From: Eledone cirrhosa
Taxonomy: Eukaryota
Length of the DNA: 64,000 nucleotides
Direction of reading: 5' to 3'
Assembly (NCBI GenBank): GCA_964016885.1
Contig: OZ024743.1
Coordinates: forward strand, 271,684,001 to 271,748,000
Position numbers and translations under genes: made by a program. This document shows, one piece after another, positions 12,327 to 24,684 of this stretch; position 1 is the stretch's first letter; every line of letters begins with the position of its first letter. The notes under the pieces are model-generated. The model did no database searches. It was not told the origin of the DNA and saw only the letters and a list, made by a program, of their open reading frames with translations.

Positions 12327-12474
12327 TGTATGTATGTATGTATGTATGTATGTATGTATGTATGTATGCATGCATGCATGCATGCATTGTTGAACATTTT
12401 ATCAGTCGATGGCAACGCTTGAACACGAGTTTGCGACCATCATGTATGTATGTATATATATGTGTGTACATGTT

Positions 12475-12700
12475 ATCTATATATCTAAAACAGAGAATGT
12501 CTGTCTGTCTAACTCCCTAAAACTTGAGAACCACCCAACTGATTTTTTTCAAACTTTACACATGTAATACTTATGGACGTGTGAGTGTTTTGAGCAAAAA
12601 ATATTTCAAATTTTGAATGCCCTAGGGACCGCATTAGGCGCCGTTCAGCGATCTCTCTGTCTTTCTTAGCCTGTCTTTTTAGATAGATACATAGCTATAA
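12475..12700 (+). mobile_element. Possible non-autonomous Helitron-like 5' fragment
   Basis: TCTATATATCTAAAA start followed by GTCTGTCTG and 'AACTGATTTTTTTCAAACTTT' typical of such families; no 3' CTRR found. Confidence 0.3.
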
Positions 12701-13732
12701 TGTCGCGCCCTTATAATATCTGTCTGTATGTCTGGCAGTCTGAATTACGACATTTTGACACCATCTGTGTGTGTGTGTATATATATATATGTATATATAG
12801 TGTGTATATATATATAGTGTGTAACGTTTTTCGAAATATTTACTTCTGCGTTCACAGATTGATTTTTTTAGTTTCAGAAGATCCCGTTAAGCGTGAAAGC
12901 AGCGATTCTTTGTTTAAACTTTAATCTGTTATTTTAATATATATATATAATTATATATTCGTGTACAGATATTTTTGCATACACAATAACAAAATATAAA
13001 CAAACGTATTTATTTCACGAGGCTCGACAGCAGCAAAAACAACAACAAAATAGAGAGGGAACGCAATTACATGCCTTTGAAAAATCTTAATGGAAAATTA
13101 TTTGCCTATTCACCCAAGGCGACTTCACTTTTTATTAGAACTTCGGCATCAATTGGTGAACATACGACGAAACTGTTTCAGAAATCCGCACTGAAGTGGA
13201 GCCACTGATCTCCCAGGTAAGCCAGGGACCTGTGCGCTTATGTACGGTCTCACATTCCATTGAGTGCTCAGGAGAGGTTGTCATGCCTTTGAGACCACTG
13301 AAGGTTCTCGCAACCCTTTGTTTGGCAAGATTTTTATGGTTGGATGCCCTTCCTATCATCAGTCACTTTACTGGGTGTGTTTATTGTGTAAATTACTAAC
13401 ACTAGGGAGGTTGTCATGCCCTTGACATGACTGGAGGGTCTGAGGTTTAAAGAAGACAGACATGGAAAATAATTACATAAAGTCTTATTTGTTTCACACT
13501 TGTGGGAATGTGAGAAAAGATAAAAGAAAAATCAATGTCTCAATGTAATGGATGTTAGTTCTTTATCAGGGATGAGTAAAGTAAGGAGCGAGAGGAGGTA
13601 TGAAAGTTAGATGGAAAAAAAGAGATCATGTGAGTGGGTATGTTGATTTTAAGTTTTGCTTGTTTGTTTGTTTGTGTGTGTGTGGTGGTGGTGGTGGTAG
13701 TGATGGTGGTGGTTGTGTGTGTGTGTGTGTAC

Positions 13733-13855
13733 CTGTGAATCCTTATTTGTAAGCGTGTTGAAATCGGCCTCCACATTTTCTGCGATGCTTCTAAATTCTG
13801 AAGCATTAGTTGTATTGGTGACACCTCTCACTGCATCTTTGAGTACATTAGAAAG
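13733..13855 (-). CDS. Host gene exon (helical region after mucin stalk)
   Basis: Pyrimidine tract + CAG, CAG|GTAC donor, phase 0-0; LSNVLKDAVRGVTNTTNASEFRSIAENVEADFNTLTNKDSQ. Confidence 0.75.
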
Positions 13856-14359
13856 CTGAGGAAGAAAAAGAGAAATAATCAGTTTAATGTATGATTAGAT
13901 CTTGACAAAGTGTACTGGATGCATTTTACCATGGCATCGGTATTACAGAATTAACTTGGTATACATGAAATGGTATATATTAGCATAGTATATATTGGTA
14001 TGGTATGGTCCCACAACTCCTGATGGAGTTGTATGGGTACTATAGGGGCATACATTTCTTTAGCATTTTTAAAGCCTGGTGGAGCTCTCTCTGGATCTGA
14101 ACATAAGAGGTTTCTTCCAGGGAAAGATTGAGAGTGAGAAAGAGAAAGGGAGAAAGAGATATAGAGGAAGAATCGACCTCAGTACTAGACAGGTACTTTT
14201 TTATCAACCTCGAAAGGACGAAAGGCAAAGTTGACCTCAGCAGGATTTGATCTCACAGAGAAGAGAATTGGAGTGAATATCACAAAGCATTCTATCCAAC
14301 ATTCTAATAACTGACAATTTGTCACATTATATATATTAATGTGTCACAGATAAATTTTG

Positions 14360-15720
14360 GAAAAGCTAGGCTGCCCATAAATGTTCCTCACCATGATCAC
14401 CGAGCTCCACGATAGGCAGCTTGGTCAAATCAGATTTGAGAATGACCTGTCCCAGTCCTTCTAAATGACCAACAGTATGAAGAAATGTTGTATTCTTGTC
14501 ACAACTCTGTTCTCATTATTTTTAGCATGATACCAGTAATGCACTGGGTAATTGCTGGCCTTGTTCCTAAAGTAGAAACAATTATTTTTAGCATGATAAT
14601 GAAACAAGCCACGAGAGACCTGAAAGAGGATGAGGGGATCTACATCAGATTCTGTACCAATGGAAGGCTCTTCAACCTGTGGCAGTTGCAGGCACACACC
14701 AAGACCACAGAAAAACTAATCAGAGAGCTTCTGTTTGCTGACAATACCACACCAAAAGAGCCATGCAGTGCCTAACTTCATGCTTTGCAAAGGTTTCTGA
14801 CCTCTTTGGTTTAGAAGTCAGCTTGAAGAAGACTGAAATCCTTCACCAGCCTATTCCTCAAGATATATACCAGCCACCAAATATCTCCATCAAGCAGGCC
14901 AAGCTGAACACTGTGCAAGAGTTCTGCTATGCTATGTTAGTAGTGTCATTTCCACCAACACTAGAATTGTCAAGGAATTGAACAACAGGTTAGCCAAAGC
15001 CAGCAGTGCCTTTGGAAAAATGTTCATGACGGTGTGGAGAAATAACACCCTCAAAGCAGACAAAAATCAGCATTTACAAGGCCGTAGTCCTTACCACTCT
15101 CTTATATGGCTCTGAGTCATGGGTCTTATGTCTCTGTCGCACCCACCTCCTGGAGAAATTCTACCACCCCTGTCTGTGCACCATGGTAAAAATCTGCTGG
15201 AGTGACTATTTCACCAACACAAGGGTCCTTGAGAAAACCAAGATCACCGGCATTAAGGCCACTCTTCTAAAGACACAGTTGTGCTAGGTGGGACATGTCT
15301 CCAGATTGACAGATCATTGCCTGCCAAAGTTTGTACTCTATGGTGAATAGTCTTGTGACTGTCATAAGAGTGGTACATACAGGAAGAAGTATAGTGACAT
15401 GCTAAAAATGACCCTCAAAGTATGCAGCATTGACTTCAATGATTGGACTACCCAGGTTGCTGATTGCATTGTTTGGTGCCCACACCAATCATCAGGCTAC
15501 CAGTGCATTTTAAGCAAACTATCATGCCAGCCTGAAGGAAAAGAGAGCTCAGCAGAAAAACTGTGCCAAAGCAGAGCCAGGCACAATCCAAACATCACCC
15601 TATGGCCACTGTGGATGGATCTGCCAACCCCATATTGGTGATGTCAGTCACCAGCATGCCTGCACACAGTGGACAAAACTGATTTGACCTTCCAAAGCAT
15701 CTTCATTATCAAAGTTATTG
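14360..15720 (+). mobile_element. RTE-BovB-like LINE fragment, degenerate
   Basis: GRLFNL..LQAHTKT..LIRELLFAD, FGLEVSLKKT, YKAVVLTTLLYGSESW; C-terminal Cys/His finger remnant. Confidence 0.8.
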
Positions 15721-15802
15721 CCAGCAACAATATTAATGTGGTTTTTACTAACATAATATATATTAACATGATATATATTAATGCAGTATATATTAACATG
15801 AA

Positions 15803-16135
15803 GGTGCATGGTTTAGTAGGTTAGTGTGTTGGGCCTGCAAGGCTGTAGGTTCGATTCTCAGATCTGGTGATGCATTGTTTCCTTTAGCAAGAAACTTTAT
15901 TTCATATTGCTCCATTTCATTCAGCTGTAGAAATGAATTACGGCGTCACTGTATCAGCTTTTGCCTTTCCCTTGGACAACATCAGTGGCATAGGGAGGGA
16001 AGACTGGTATACATGGGCGACTGCTAGTCTTTCACAAACAACCTTGCTTAGACCTGTACCTCAGAGGGAAACTTTTTGTATGCAAATCCCATGGTCATTC
16101 GTGACTGAAGGTGGTCCTTACCCCTTACCCTTTAT
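15803..16135 (+). mobile_element. tRNA-derived SINE family 2
   Basis: tRNA head with GGTTCGATTC B box; Meta-like core; flanked by ATATTAACATG repeats. Confidence 0.65.
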
Positions 16136-16300
16136 ATATTAACATGGTATATATTAACGTTGCATATATTAACATGGTATATATATTAATTTGGTATATA
16201 TCAGCAGGGTACATATTAACATCGTATATATCAACGTGGTATATATTAACATGGTATATATTTGAAGAGTATATATTAATGTGGTATATATTTTAACATG
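16135..16300. repeat. ~17-bp minisatellite (ATATATTAACATGGTAT)
   Basis: Visible tandem copies, also at 15750-15800. Confidence 0.7.
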
Positions 16301-16659
16301 TATTCACGATCGTATTCTTTTGGTCATTACCCAAGATTCATAACCATACGTAAGGGTTGGCACAATTACAGAATTGAAAAATTCTGATTACCGAATGCTG
16401 ATGCAGACACGTAACTGCACCAGCTCCTGCAATTCTTGCACTTAATTCAGTCTCCTACTTTCCATCATTCATGAACATGGCCCCAAGATACTTGAACTTC
16501 TCCACCTGCTTCAGTAGAATTCCACAGACATATAGAGTGCACTGTACAGGCTTCTCTGAGAGGATAAGTGCCTCAGTCTTTGAAGCAGCTGAAATGGGGT
16601 TCCTCTGAAGCATCTTTGGAGTGACGCTACTCAATAGAGTGCAAAGCTCTCACATCCAG

Positions 16660-17760
16660 GATCTTCTGCCACAGTAAAGCTCATATCAGCTAGATTTTTC
16701 TGGCCAAATATGAGGCGTGAAATTGCTGCTTGGTGCCGTTCCTGCGTCGCTTGCCAGAAATCAAAGGTCCATCGACACGTCAAGGCTCCCCTGGGTACCT
16801 TTACTAACCCAGATGCGCGTTTTTCGTACATTCACATTGATATAGTGGGACCTTGGCCTGTCAGCGACGGTTATTCTTATCTGCTGACTATAGTTGACCG
16901 TTTTTCGAGATGGCCTGAAGCCATCCCCTTGAAAAACATCACCGCTGAGACAACAGCGCGTGCTCTTGTGTCTGGATGGATCTCTCGTTATGGAGTTCCA
17001 TCCACAGTAACTACCGACCGTGGACGACAGTTCGAGTCGAGTCTTTTCCGCGAACTGTCAAAATTAATTGGTGCTAAACGCATCAGAACTACGGCGTACC
17101 ATCCCGCTTCGAATGGTATGGTGGAGCATTTTCACCGACAACTGAAGGCCTCCTTAATGGCCTCAATGGACTCGGCGCGTTGGAGCGAGTACCTCCCTAT
17201 TGTGCTATTAGGGATTCGGTCAACGGTGAAGGTCGACTTTGGATTTTCCCCGGCCGAAGTACTGTACGGTGCCCCTCTGACGTTGCCCGGGCAAATGCTT
17301 GCCCCTATCGATCTTGATGCCCAAGATCACGCTTCCTACCTGTCCCGTTTGCGCTCCTATTTCCAGGATTTGCCGCCAATGGACACTAGGAAACAAACTG
17401 TCAAGACTGCTGTCCAGAGGGATGTTGCCTCGTGGACGCATGTCTTTGTAAAGAAAGATTCTGTGAAGCCCCCGCTCACACAGCCTTACCGTGTCTTAGC
17501 GCGCTCGGCTAAGCATTTCACTCTAGATATTAAAGGGTACAGGGAGACAGTTACAATAGACAGGCTTAAGCAGGCACATCTGGACACGGACGCTGTGGTT
17601 CCTGATCCATGAACCCCTTCGTATTTGCCTGTTGAGCGAACGCCTGTTCCTGAACCACCATCATCGCCTGTCCCTACACCACCACCATCGCCACGTTACA
17701 AGACCACGACCCGTTCAGGTCGTAGAGTCCACTGGCCCCAAAAATTTTGCAGCACCGTCT
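16660..17760 (+). mobile_element. Gypsy/Ty3 LTR retrotransposon: integrase end of pol
   Basis: ORF 16710-17612: CxxCQ zinc-binding end, [26 protein letters not shown] (D,D35E core), GPY-like C-terminus, TRSGR tail. Confidence 0.9.
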
Positions 17761-17989
17761 ATATTTAGACTGTGTTAGCTGCACCTTTTTTTTTGCTTCT
17801 GTGTTTCTGCTTTTTTTTTTTTTGCTTTTTTTTTATGCATGCATGTTTTTTAACATTTTTCAAATCCTTATTCTGGATTTAACGATTGGTAGAGCGAATA
17901 GCTCCCCCTTGTTGCATTGTTCGCCATCTTACTCCACGTGTGAGTAATAACATCGATTTTCGATGATTTGAAAATCTGGCAGGGGATAC

Positions 17990-18269
17990 TGTAGTAAGAC
18001 GCCTTACGCCCCCCTGTCGGATAATGGACCAGGCCTAGTTGTCTCCCCCTGGTTGAGAACACTATTTAAGTAAGCAGCAGTATTACTTTCTGAGACAAGC
18101 CACGGAGACAGCAAAGAGCAGACGGCCTTTGTACCACGAAACAGAAGACAGCCCTTGGACCACGAGATCACACAGATGTCAATACACTGAACTCCTATGC
18201 AGAAGCCACAAGGATAGTGTTGGCCGAGCACTGGCTCATAACTGATTTCACTTTACTGGTCCCGTCACA
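17990..18269 (+). mobile_element. Gypsy LTR (280 bp)
   Basis: Purine tract GGCAGGGGA immediately before TGT...ACA; TATA-like TATTTAA; followed by PBS TGGTGACCCAGACGTG (tRNA-Trp-like). Confidence 0.75.
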
Positions 18270-19199
18270 TTGGTGACCCAGACGTGGGCGTTACATTGGT
18301 GACCCATGACAATTGTAATACGTTGCCTTCATTTCAACTGATCACGTCTATATTGGTATGTTGTTTCATTTGTAATATAACAAACACATAATAGACAAAA
18401 TAAACATCATCCTTATTTACATTGTTGAATAGAAGTCTCGTTGTTGTTATTATCTTGTCTACACACACACCCACTCACTTGTTATAATTCTATGGAGTAC
18501 CTATCCTCTCACTTACGAAAATGGTAAATAGACGAGGGACTTTCCCTCACGTCTATATTGATAAACTATCCAACAAGGATTCTTCATTACCATACTATTA
18601 TATGCTTCTCCAATTATGCCCCAAATCCGAAGATTTCATTTAAACCCTCTCGCTAACTACCCCATTTGTTTTTCTAAAATAACAATCTTGTTTGTTTAAT
18701 TTTGGCCGAAAAATTCTAGGTTTTATAAAATGGCCCCATTGTCCCTCTTATTCTTTACCCCCGGCCCCACTATATCATATTACGCGCTGGCTAGTTCACC
18801 CTTTCAATCACCCCCTCTTTCACCAAATATAAATAAACCTGTTACGAGGTACGAATCTCAGAATTTGTCAACGCTTATTAATGGTCAGACCCCATCGTTC
18901 CCTGCGAAGTATAATGTAAATGCCATTTTTCTTATCTCTCTCCAGCCTATCGGTCCATTCATTCATATATCCGTATCTTTTGCTCTCTCTCAATGCTATT
19001 CTATAATTCTGTCTGGTTGTTTCTAAATAATCTTCTTGTATTTTAAAACCCCATTATTCGCTTATTATTACTGTTATATGCTTCTCCAATTATGCCCAAA
19101 ATCCGAAGATTTCATTTAAACCCTCTCGCTAACTACCCCATACCCCTCCCACCCACCCCCACTCTCCACCATTATTATTAGGACCAATCATAAGTCAGC

Positions 19200-22100
19200 G
19201 GACTATGCTATCACTTATGGTTGCTTGCCGATATGATGGATGGACTATGGAATTCTGGAGAGTCTGAAATATCTGGACACTCAGTGACAATGCTAAAGAT
19301 AAAGACAAATTCACTACATGCTGCCGGACGAAAAGACAATGACTCCTCTTTGTTTCGGCCGCGGATGGCCAACATAATCCCAACCCCATCCCCTCACCCC
19401 TCCCCGCGTCCCACCGTTCCCACCCACCAAACGCAATCAAAAACTTCAGAGTTGGTACCATGAATGTAGGCACCTTCAAAGGTTGCTCTAACGAGGTTGT
19501 AGAAATGCTTGAACGTAAGGAGATTGATGTTTGCTGCATCCAAAAGACCAGGTGGAGGGGTGGGTCTGCTAGATTCATTGTGGGTAAAAAACGATGCTAT
19601 AAGCTTTTCTGGGTGGGAAATGAAAATGGGCTGGATGGGGTAGGAATCATGTTAGCAGAAAAATGGGTAGATAAGATAATAGACGTAAATAGAGTGAACG
19701 ACAGAATAATTAAAATAAGACTTGTCCTAAATAGAACTACTGTGACAGTAATATCTGCGTATGCACCCCAAACCGGACTGCCTGGCGCTATAAAAGACAG
19801 ATTCTATGAGACATTGATGCTAACTACCTCCCAAATAACCGACAGTGACTACGTAATTATTGCTGGCGACCTAAATGGTCACGTTGGACAACATTGTGAC
19901 GGCTATGACAGAATCCATGGAGGCTATGGGTTTGGTACGAGAAATGAGGAAGGCTCCAGAATTCTGGAATTCTGCGACGCAAATAACCTAACTATCTGTA
20001 ACACTAACTTCAAAAAACGAGACAATCACTTGATCACCTATAGATCAGGGGAACACGCCAGTCAGATAGATTATATCCTTACCAGAAGACGTGATAGAGT
20101 GTCTGTTGTAAACACTAAATCCCTCCCCCATGAAGAATGCACCTCCCAACATAGACTCATAGTCAGCGACCTCATAGTCAGGACGAGACGTACTCGACAA
20201 CAGAGGAGGACTATCCTCAGGAGAAAAATATGGAAGCTAAAGGACCCCACAGCCAGTAATAAATTTAAAAGCATATTACTTGATGCTTTCGACAGTAAGG
20301 AAGAACAATTAGAGTCGTACAATATAGAGGAACAGTGGGAATTCCTGAAAGCTAACCTGCTGAAGGCAGCAGATGAAGTGTGTGGCTGGAGCAGGCCTGT
20401 AGGCAGGAGGAGAGTAACGTAGTGGTGGAATAGTAAGGTGGAGGAGTGAATTAAGGCCAAAAAGCAGGTTTGGAAAGTATGGGGGAAGTAGAGAAGACTA
20501 TCAAGTGGCCAGGAGGGAAGCTAGGAGACAAGTGTACTTCGCAAGAAGGGAAGCAGAGGAAAGAAAGTTCAAGCATGTTCTACAACGTGAGGACCAAAAA
20601 CGTGAGGTGTTCCGGATTGCTAGGCAATGTGTCAAGGAAAACCGTGATATTGTCGGGGAGAAGTGTGTCCTTAATGATGATGGTGTACTTGCCATCACTG
20701 ACGCTGATAAGAAGGTAGCTTGGAAGTGTCACTACGAAAGGCTACTAAATGAGGAGAATAAATGGGAGAAAGACAGTCTCCCCCACATCGATCCAATAGA
20801 GGGACCAGCAGTGCGAGTTGAAGGTAGTATAATAAGTAAGGCAATCAAAGACATGAAGACGGGTAAGGCGGCCGGGCCTTCGGAAATAGCTTCTGAAATG
20901 CTGAAAGCATCTGGAACGGTGGGACACACTATGGTCACCCGGATAGTAAACCAAATCATACAGAATGGGGCCATTCCGAAGGACTGGCGTAGTAGAATCA
21001 TCATTAACTGCTACAAGAGTAAAGGAGATGCTCTTGATAGGGGTAACTATAGAGGCATTAAATTATACGACCAGATCATGAAGGTCACAGAAAAAGTAAT
21101 AGCGCAACTAATCAGAGAACGAATTGATCTAGATGAAATGCAGTTCGGGTTTGTGTCAGGTAAAAGTACCACAGACGCTCTTTTCATTGTACGACAACTA
21201 CAAGAGAAGTACCTAGCTAAAAGTAAACACTTATACCTAGCTTTTGTTGACTTGGAGAAAGCCTTTGACAGAATCCCCCGCTCCATTATCTGGTGGGCGC
21301 TTAAAAAACTAGGTGTTGATGAATGGCTTGTGAGAGCTATACAAGCCATGTATAAAGAAACAGTCAGCAAGGTTAGAATTAACAACGAATATAGTTTACA
21401 GTTTAGAGTAAAAGTTGGGGTTGATCAGGGTTCTGTTCTTAGCCCCCTACTATTTATTATTGCCCTTCAGGCTATAACAGAGGAGTTCAAGGCCGGCTGC
21501 CCATGGGAACTTCTATATGCAGATGATCTAACGCTCATAGCTGAATCAATGGCTGAACTAGAGAAGAAATTCCAAACATGGAAGCATGGCCTAGAATCAA
21601 AAGGCCTTAAAGTTAACTTGTCTAAGACTAAAAGTTTGTAGGAAGGAGAATAGGGCACTGGTCCCATCTGGGCCATGCTTAGTGTGTAGGAAAGGAGTAG
21701 GCAGAAACTCCATTTTATGTCCCAAATGCAAAGTATGGGTGCATAAAAGATGTAGTGGGATCACAGGTAAGCTAACTAAGAATATAAATTTTATATGTGG
21801 CCGGTGCTCTGGTGCAATAAGTAGCAGCAAATGCCCACAGCTCATTCCATTGCCCAGGTGGTACTATAGAAATAGTGGACACCTTCCGTTACCTGGGTGA
21901 CAAAATCAGCAGTGGGGGAGGGTGCTCTGAAAGTACATTGCTAGAGTCAGAATGGGATGGAAAAAGTTCAGAGAGCTTATACCACTATTGGCCGCTTGAG
22001 GGTTCTCTCTAAAAAATGAAAGGCAGGCTGTATGATGCCTGCATACGAACAGCGATGTTACATGACAGTGAGACATGGGCCTTGTGTGCAGAGGATATAC

Positions 22101-22813
22101 GCAGACTGGAGAGAAACGAAGCTTGCATGCTCCGCTGGATGTGTAATAGTAATATACGTGAACGGCAAAGCATAAACGAACTAAGGGAGAAATTAGGAAT
22201 AAGAGGGATCAGATGTTGTTTACTCGAGAGAAGACTACGTTGGTACGGTCAGGTGATGCGCATGAAAGACGACAGCTGTATAAAAAAGTGCAGGACGATA
22301 AAAATAGACGGTAGTCACGGAGTAGGCACACCCAGAAAAACCTGGGACGACTTGATAAATTCCGACCTCACACACTTACACCTCTCCAAGACAATGTCAC
22401 TGGACCGAGATCTTTGGCGCTACACAGTCATACAGAAGATCCGCCTTGCCTAAGTACAAAGCGAAACCTACAGTCAGTAGGCACCTCCAACAAAATACAC
22501 ACCCCCGTCCCATCCACACCATCCCCTTAAATGGTTATGTTGGTACCACAACATCAAGTCCGAAACAAATGAGGTCGTGTAGGTGTCACGACAAAAAAAC
22601 ACACAGTCCACGCTGTAATGTGGCTGTGTAGGTAACACGGCAAAAACCTCCCAGTCCACACTGTAAACGTGGTTGGTGTTAGGAAGGGCATCCAGCCGTA
22701 GAAAACCCGCCAGACAGTCCTATTCGAGCAGGACAACAAATCTTGCCTGAAGTGGGAAACCTCCCGTCCAAACCCATGCAATTGTGGAAGATGGACGTTA
22801 AACGATGATGATG

Positions 22814-22815
<2 letters not shown>
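19200..22815 (+). mobile_element. Near full-length RTE-clade LINE (APE endonuclease + RT + PHD-like finger), inactivated
   Basis: APE (NVGT, GDLNGH, IDYI, HRLI) 19460-20422; RT (DLEKAFD, QGSVLSP, YADD) 20505-21641; Cys finger 21670-21810; RRLRWYG C-terminus; (GAT)n tail; a few stops and frameshifts. Confidence 0.95.
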
Positions 22816-22844
<29 letters not shown>

Positions 22845-23536
22845 CCATTTTACGTCCGTTCTTCCACGCTAGCATGGGTTAGACGGGTTGTCCTGTTGTG
22901 GGCAGTGCCCGGTCGGCTGACCATACCTTGCTCATACAGGAACTGATTCTGGCTTGATTTCTACAGCTGGATGCCCTTCCTAACACCAACCTCATTTACA
23001 GTGAGTGCTGGGTGCTTTTTTCCGTGGTGCCTACACGTCCACTTTACAGTGTGGGTTGGGTGCTTCTTTGCTGTGGCACCTCCACGACTACTTTGCAGTG
23101 GGAGGGTGTGGGGGCATATTGTCTATATGCTTCAGCTTGTACCCGTGGGGGGTCGGGTCTTCTGTATTACTGCGTGACGCCAGAGGTCACGGTCGTGTGT
23201 CATCGCCTTTCAGAGGTGTAATTGGGTAAGGTCGGCTTTTATCACCTCATCCCAGGTCTTCTTGGGTCTCCTCACTCCGCTGTTTCCATCGACTTCTAGT
23301 GCTCTGCATCTTCTTATGCATCCCGTTCTTTCCCTAGTTATTGTACTTTTCGAACACCCACCTCCGCTGCTAATTTGGTCACCCAGGTAGCAGAGGCTGT
23401 CTACTATTTCTACAGAGCCCTCCCAAAGTTTGGTGGTACTTGTTTCCTGTGGCCGTTTGCTGCTTGCTGTCCCAGCACAGCTGCCACATGTGAAGCCTAC
23501 ATTCTTAGTTAGGCTTCCTGTGATCCTGTTACATCT

Positions 23537-23540
<4 letters not shown>
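22816..23540 (-). mobile_element. Internally deleted RTE copy, tail-to-tail with the previous element
   Basis: (CAT)n tail, shared 3'UTR, scattered ORF pieces (GRPKKTWDE, YLGDQISSGGGC, CGSC). Confidence 0.75.
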
Positions 23541-23597
<57 letters not shown>

Positions 23598-23693
23598 ATA
23601 CTTGGAGAGAGTCATATTTGTGTAATAATATGACCCTCCCCAAGTATAACAATATTTGTTTTGACACACGATTTCATATCAAAAACCTCGCAA

Positions 23694-23727
<34 letters not shown>

Positions 23728-23731
<4 letters not shown>

Positions 23732-24405
23732 AAGAAGTGTAAGCCAACAGGTTAAAATTAACCTCGTTTATTCATATGCCCTGTTATATATATTTCAGTG
23801 ATAACCAACGTATATTATACTCTGCCAACGTATATTATCTCCCTAAATAGCTAGTGGCTAGATACTTGGATTAGAACTAGGGGAGTGAGAAAGATGGGTA
23901 AGATGTGGGCTCAACCGCTAAGTAAATGCGGCTCTTGGTTATTTTAAATGCTAATTGAGACAACAAGAGAAGAAAGGAGAGAGGTAGGTTCAGTGGGTGG
24001 AGTTGGTGTCTCTGGGACTCAGTGAAATAGGGTTGCTATCCATATAGCTTGAGGAAAGTTCCCGCCCTTAGGTGTCGACATGCACCAACGAAATCTGCCT
24101 TGCGATTGATTAAATTTATTCCACCACGGAGTATCTCAAAGGTTTCACCCAGACACAAGCTGCAAATGCCAGATCCACCTCCAGGGTCTTGTCCAGCTTG
24201 AACTTTCAGATTAGTTTGGAAAGGGCCATACTTTTCTGTTTAAACTTTGTTCCAACATTATATTTTTCTGTTTTTTCTGGTCATGTTCTAGCTGTCAGAT
24301 CAGGTCATAGCTGTTGAATAATGGTTATCACCGAAATATATATAACAACGAATACTCTGCATACTGAAGTGTCGGTAACTAACCAACACATACTCAAATT
24401 TGTAT
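23728..24405. mobile_element. Penelope-like fragment with short inverted pLTR segment, bounded by (TA)n
   Basis: 23783-23810 is the reverse complement of 24321-24347 (GGTTATCACYGAAATATATATAACA); hammerhead-like GAAA-TATATA-TA remnant. Confidence 0.35.
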
Positions 24406-24684
24406 ATATATATCTGAGTTCAAATCCTACTAAGGTCAGCTTTGCTTTTCATTTTTTTGAGGTTGATAAATAAAGTAGCAGCCCAGTAAAGGCGTTGGTT
24501 CTTTCTCTTCACTTACACTTTCTCTTCTATTCTCTCTTTCTCTTGAAGAAATCGACTGTGTTACAACTTGGAGAGGAATGGACTCTGTCATATAGCAAAT
24601 GGCTCCTATATCACCCTATCAGGCTTAACAGTTCTTTACTTTTTATATATTAAAATGTTTGTTAAAAAGTAGGAAATATTTTAC

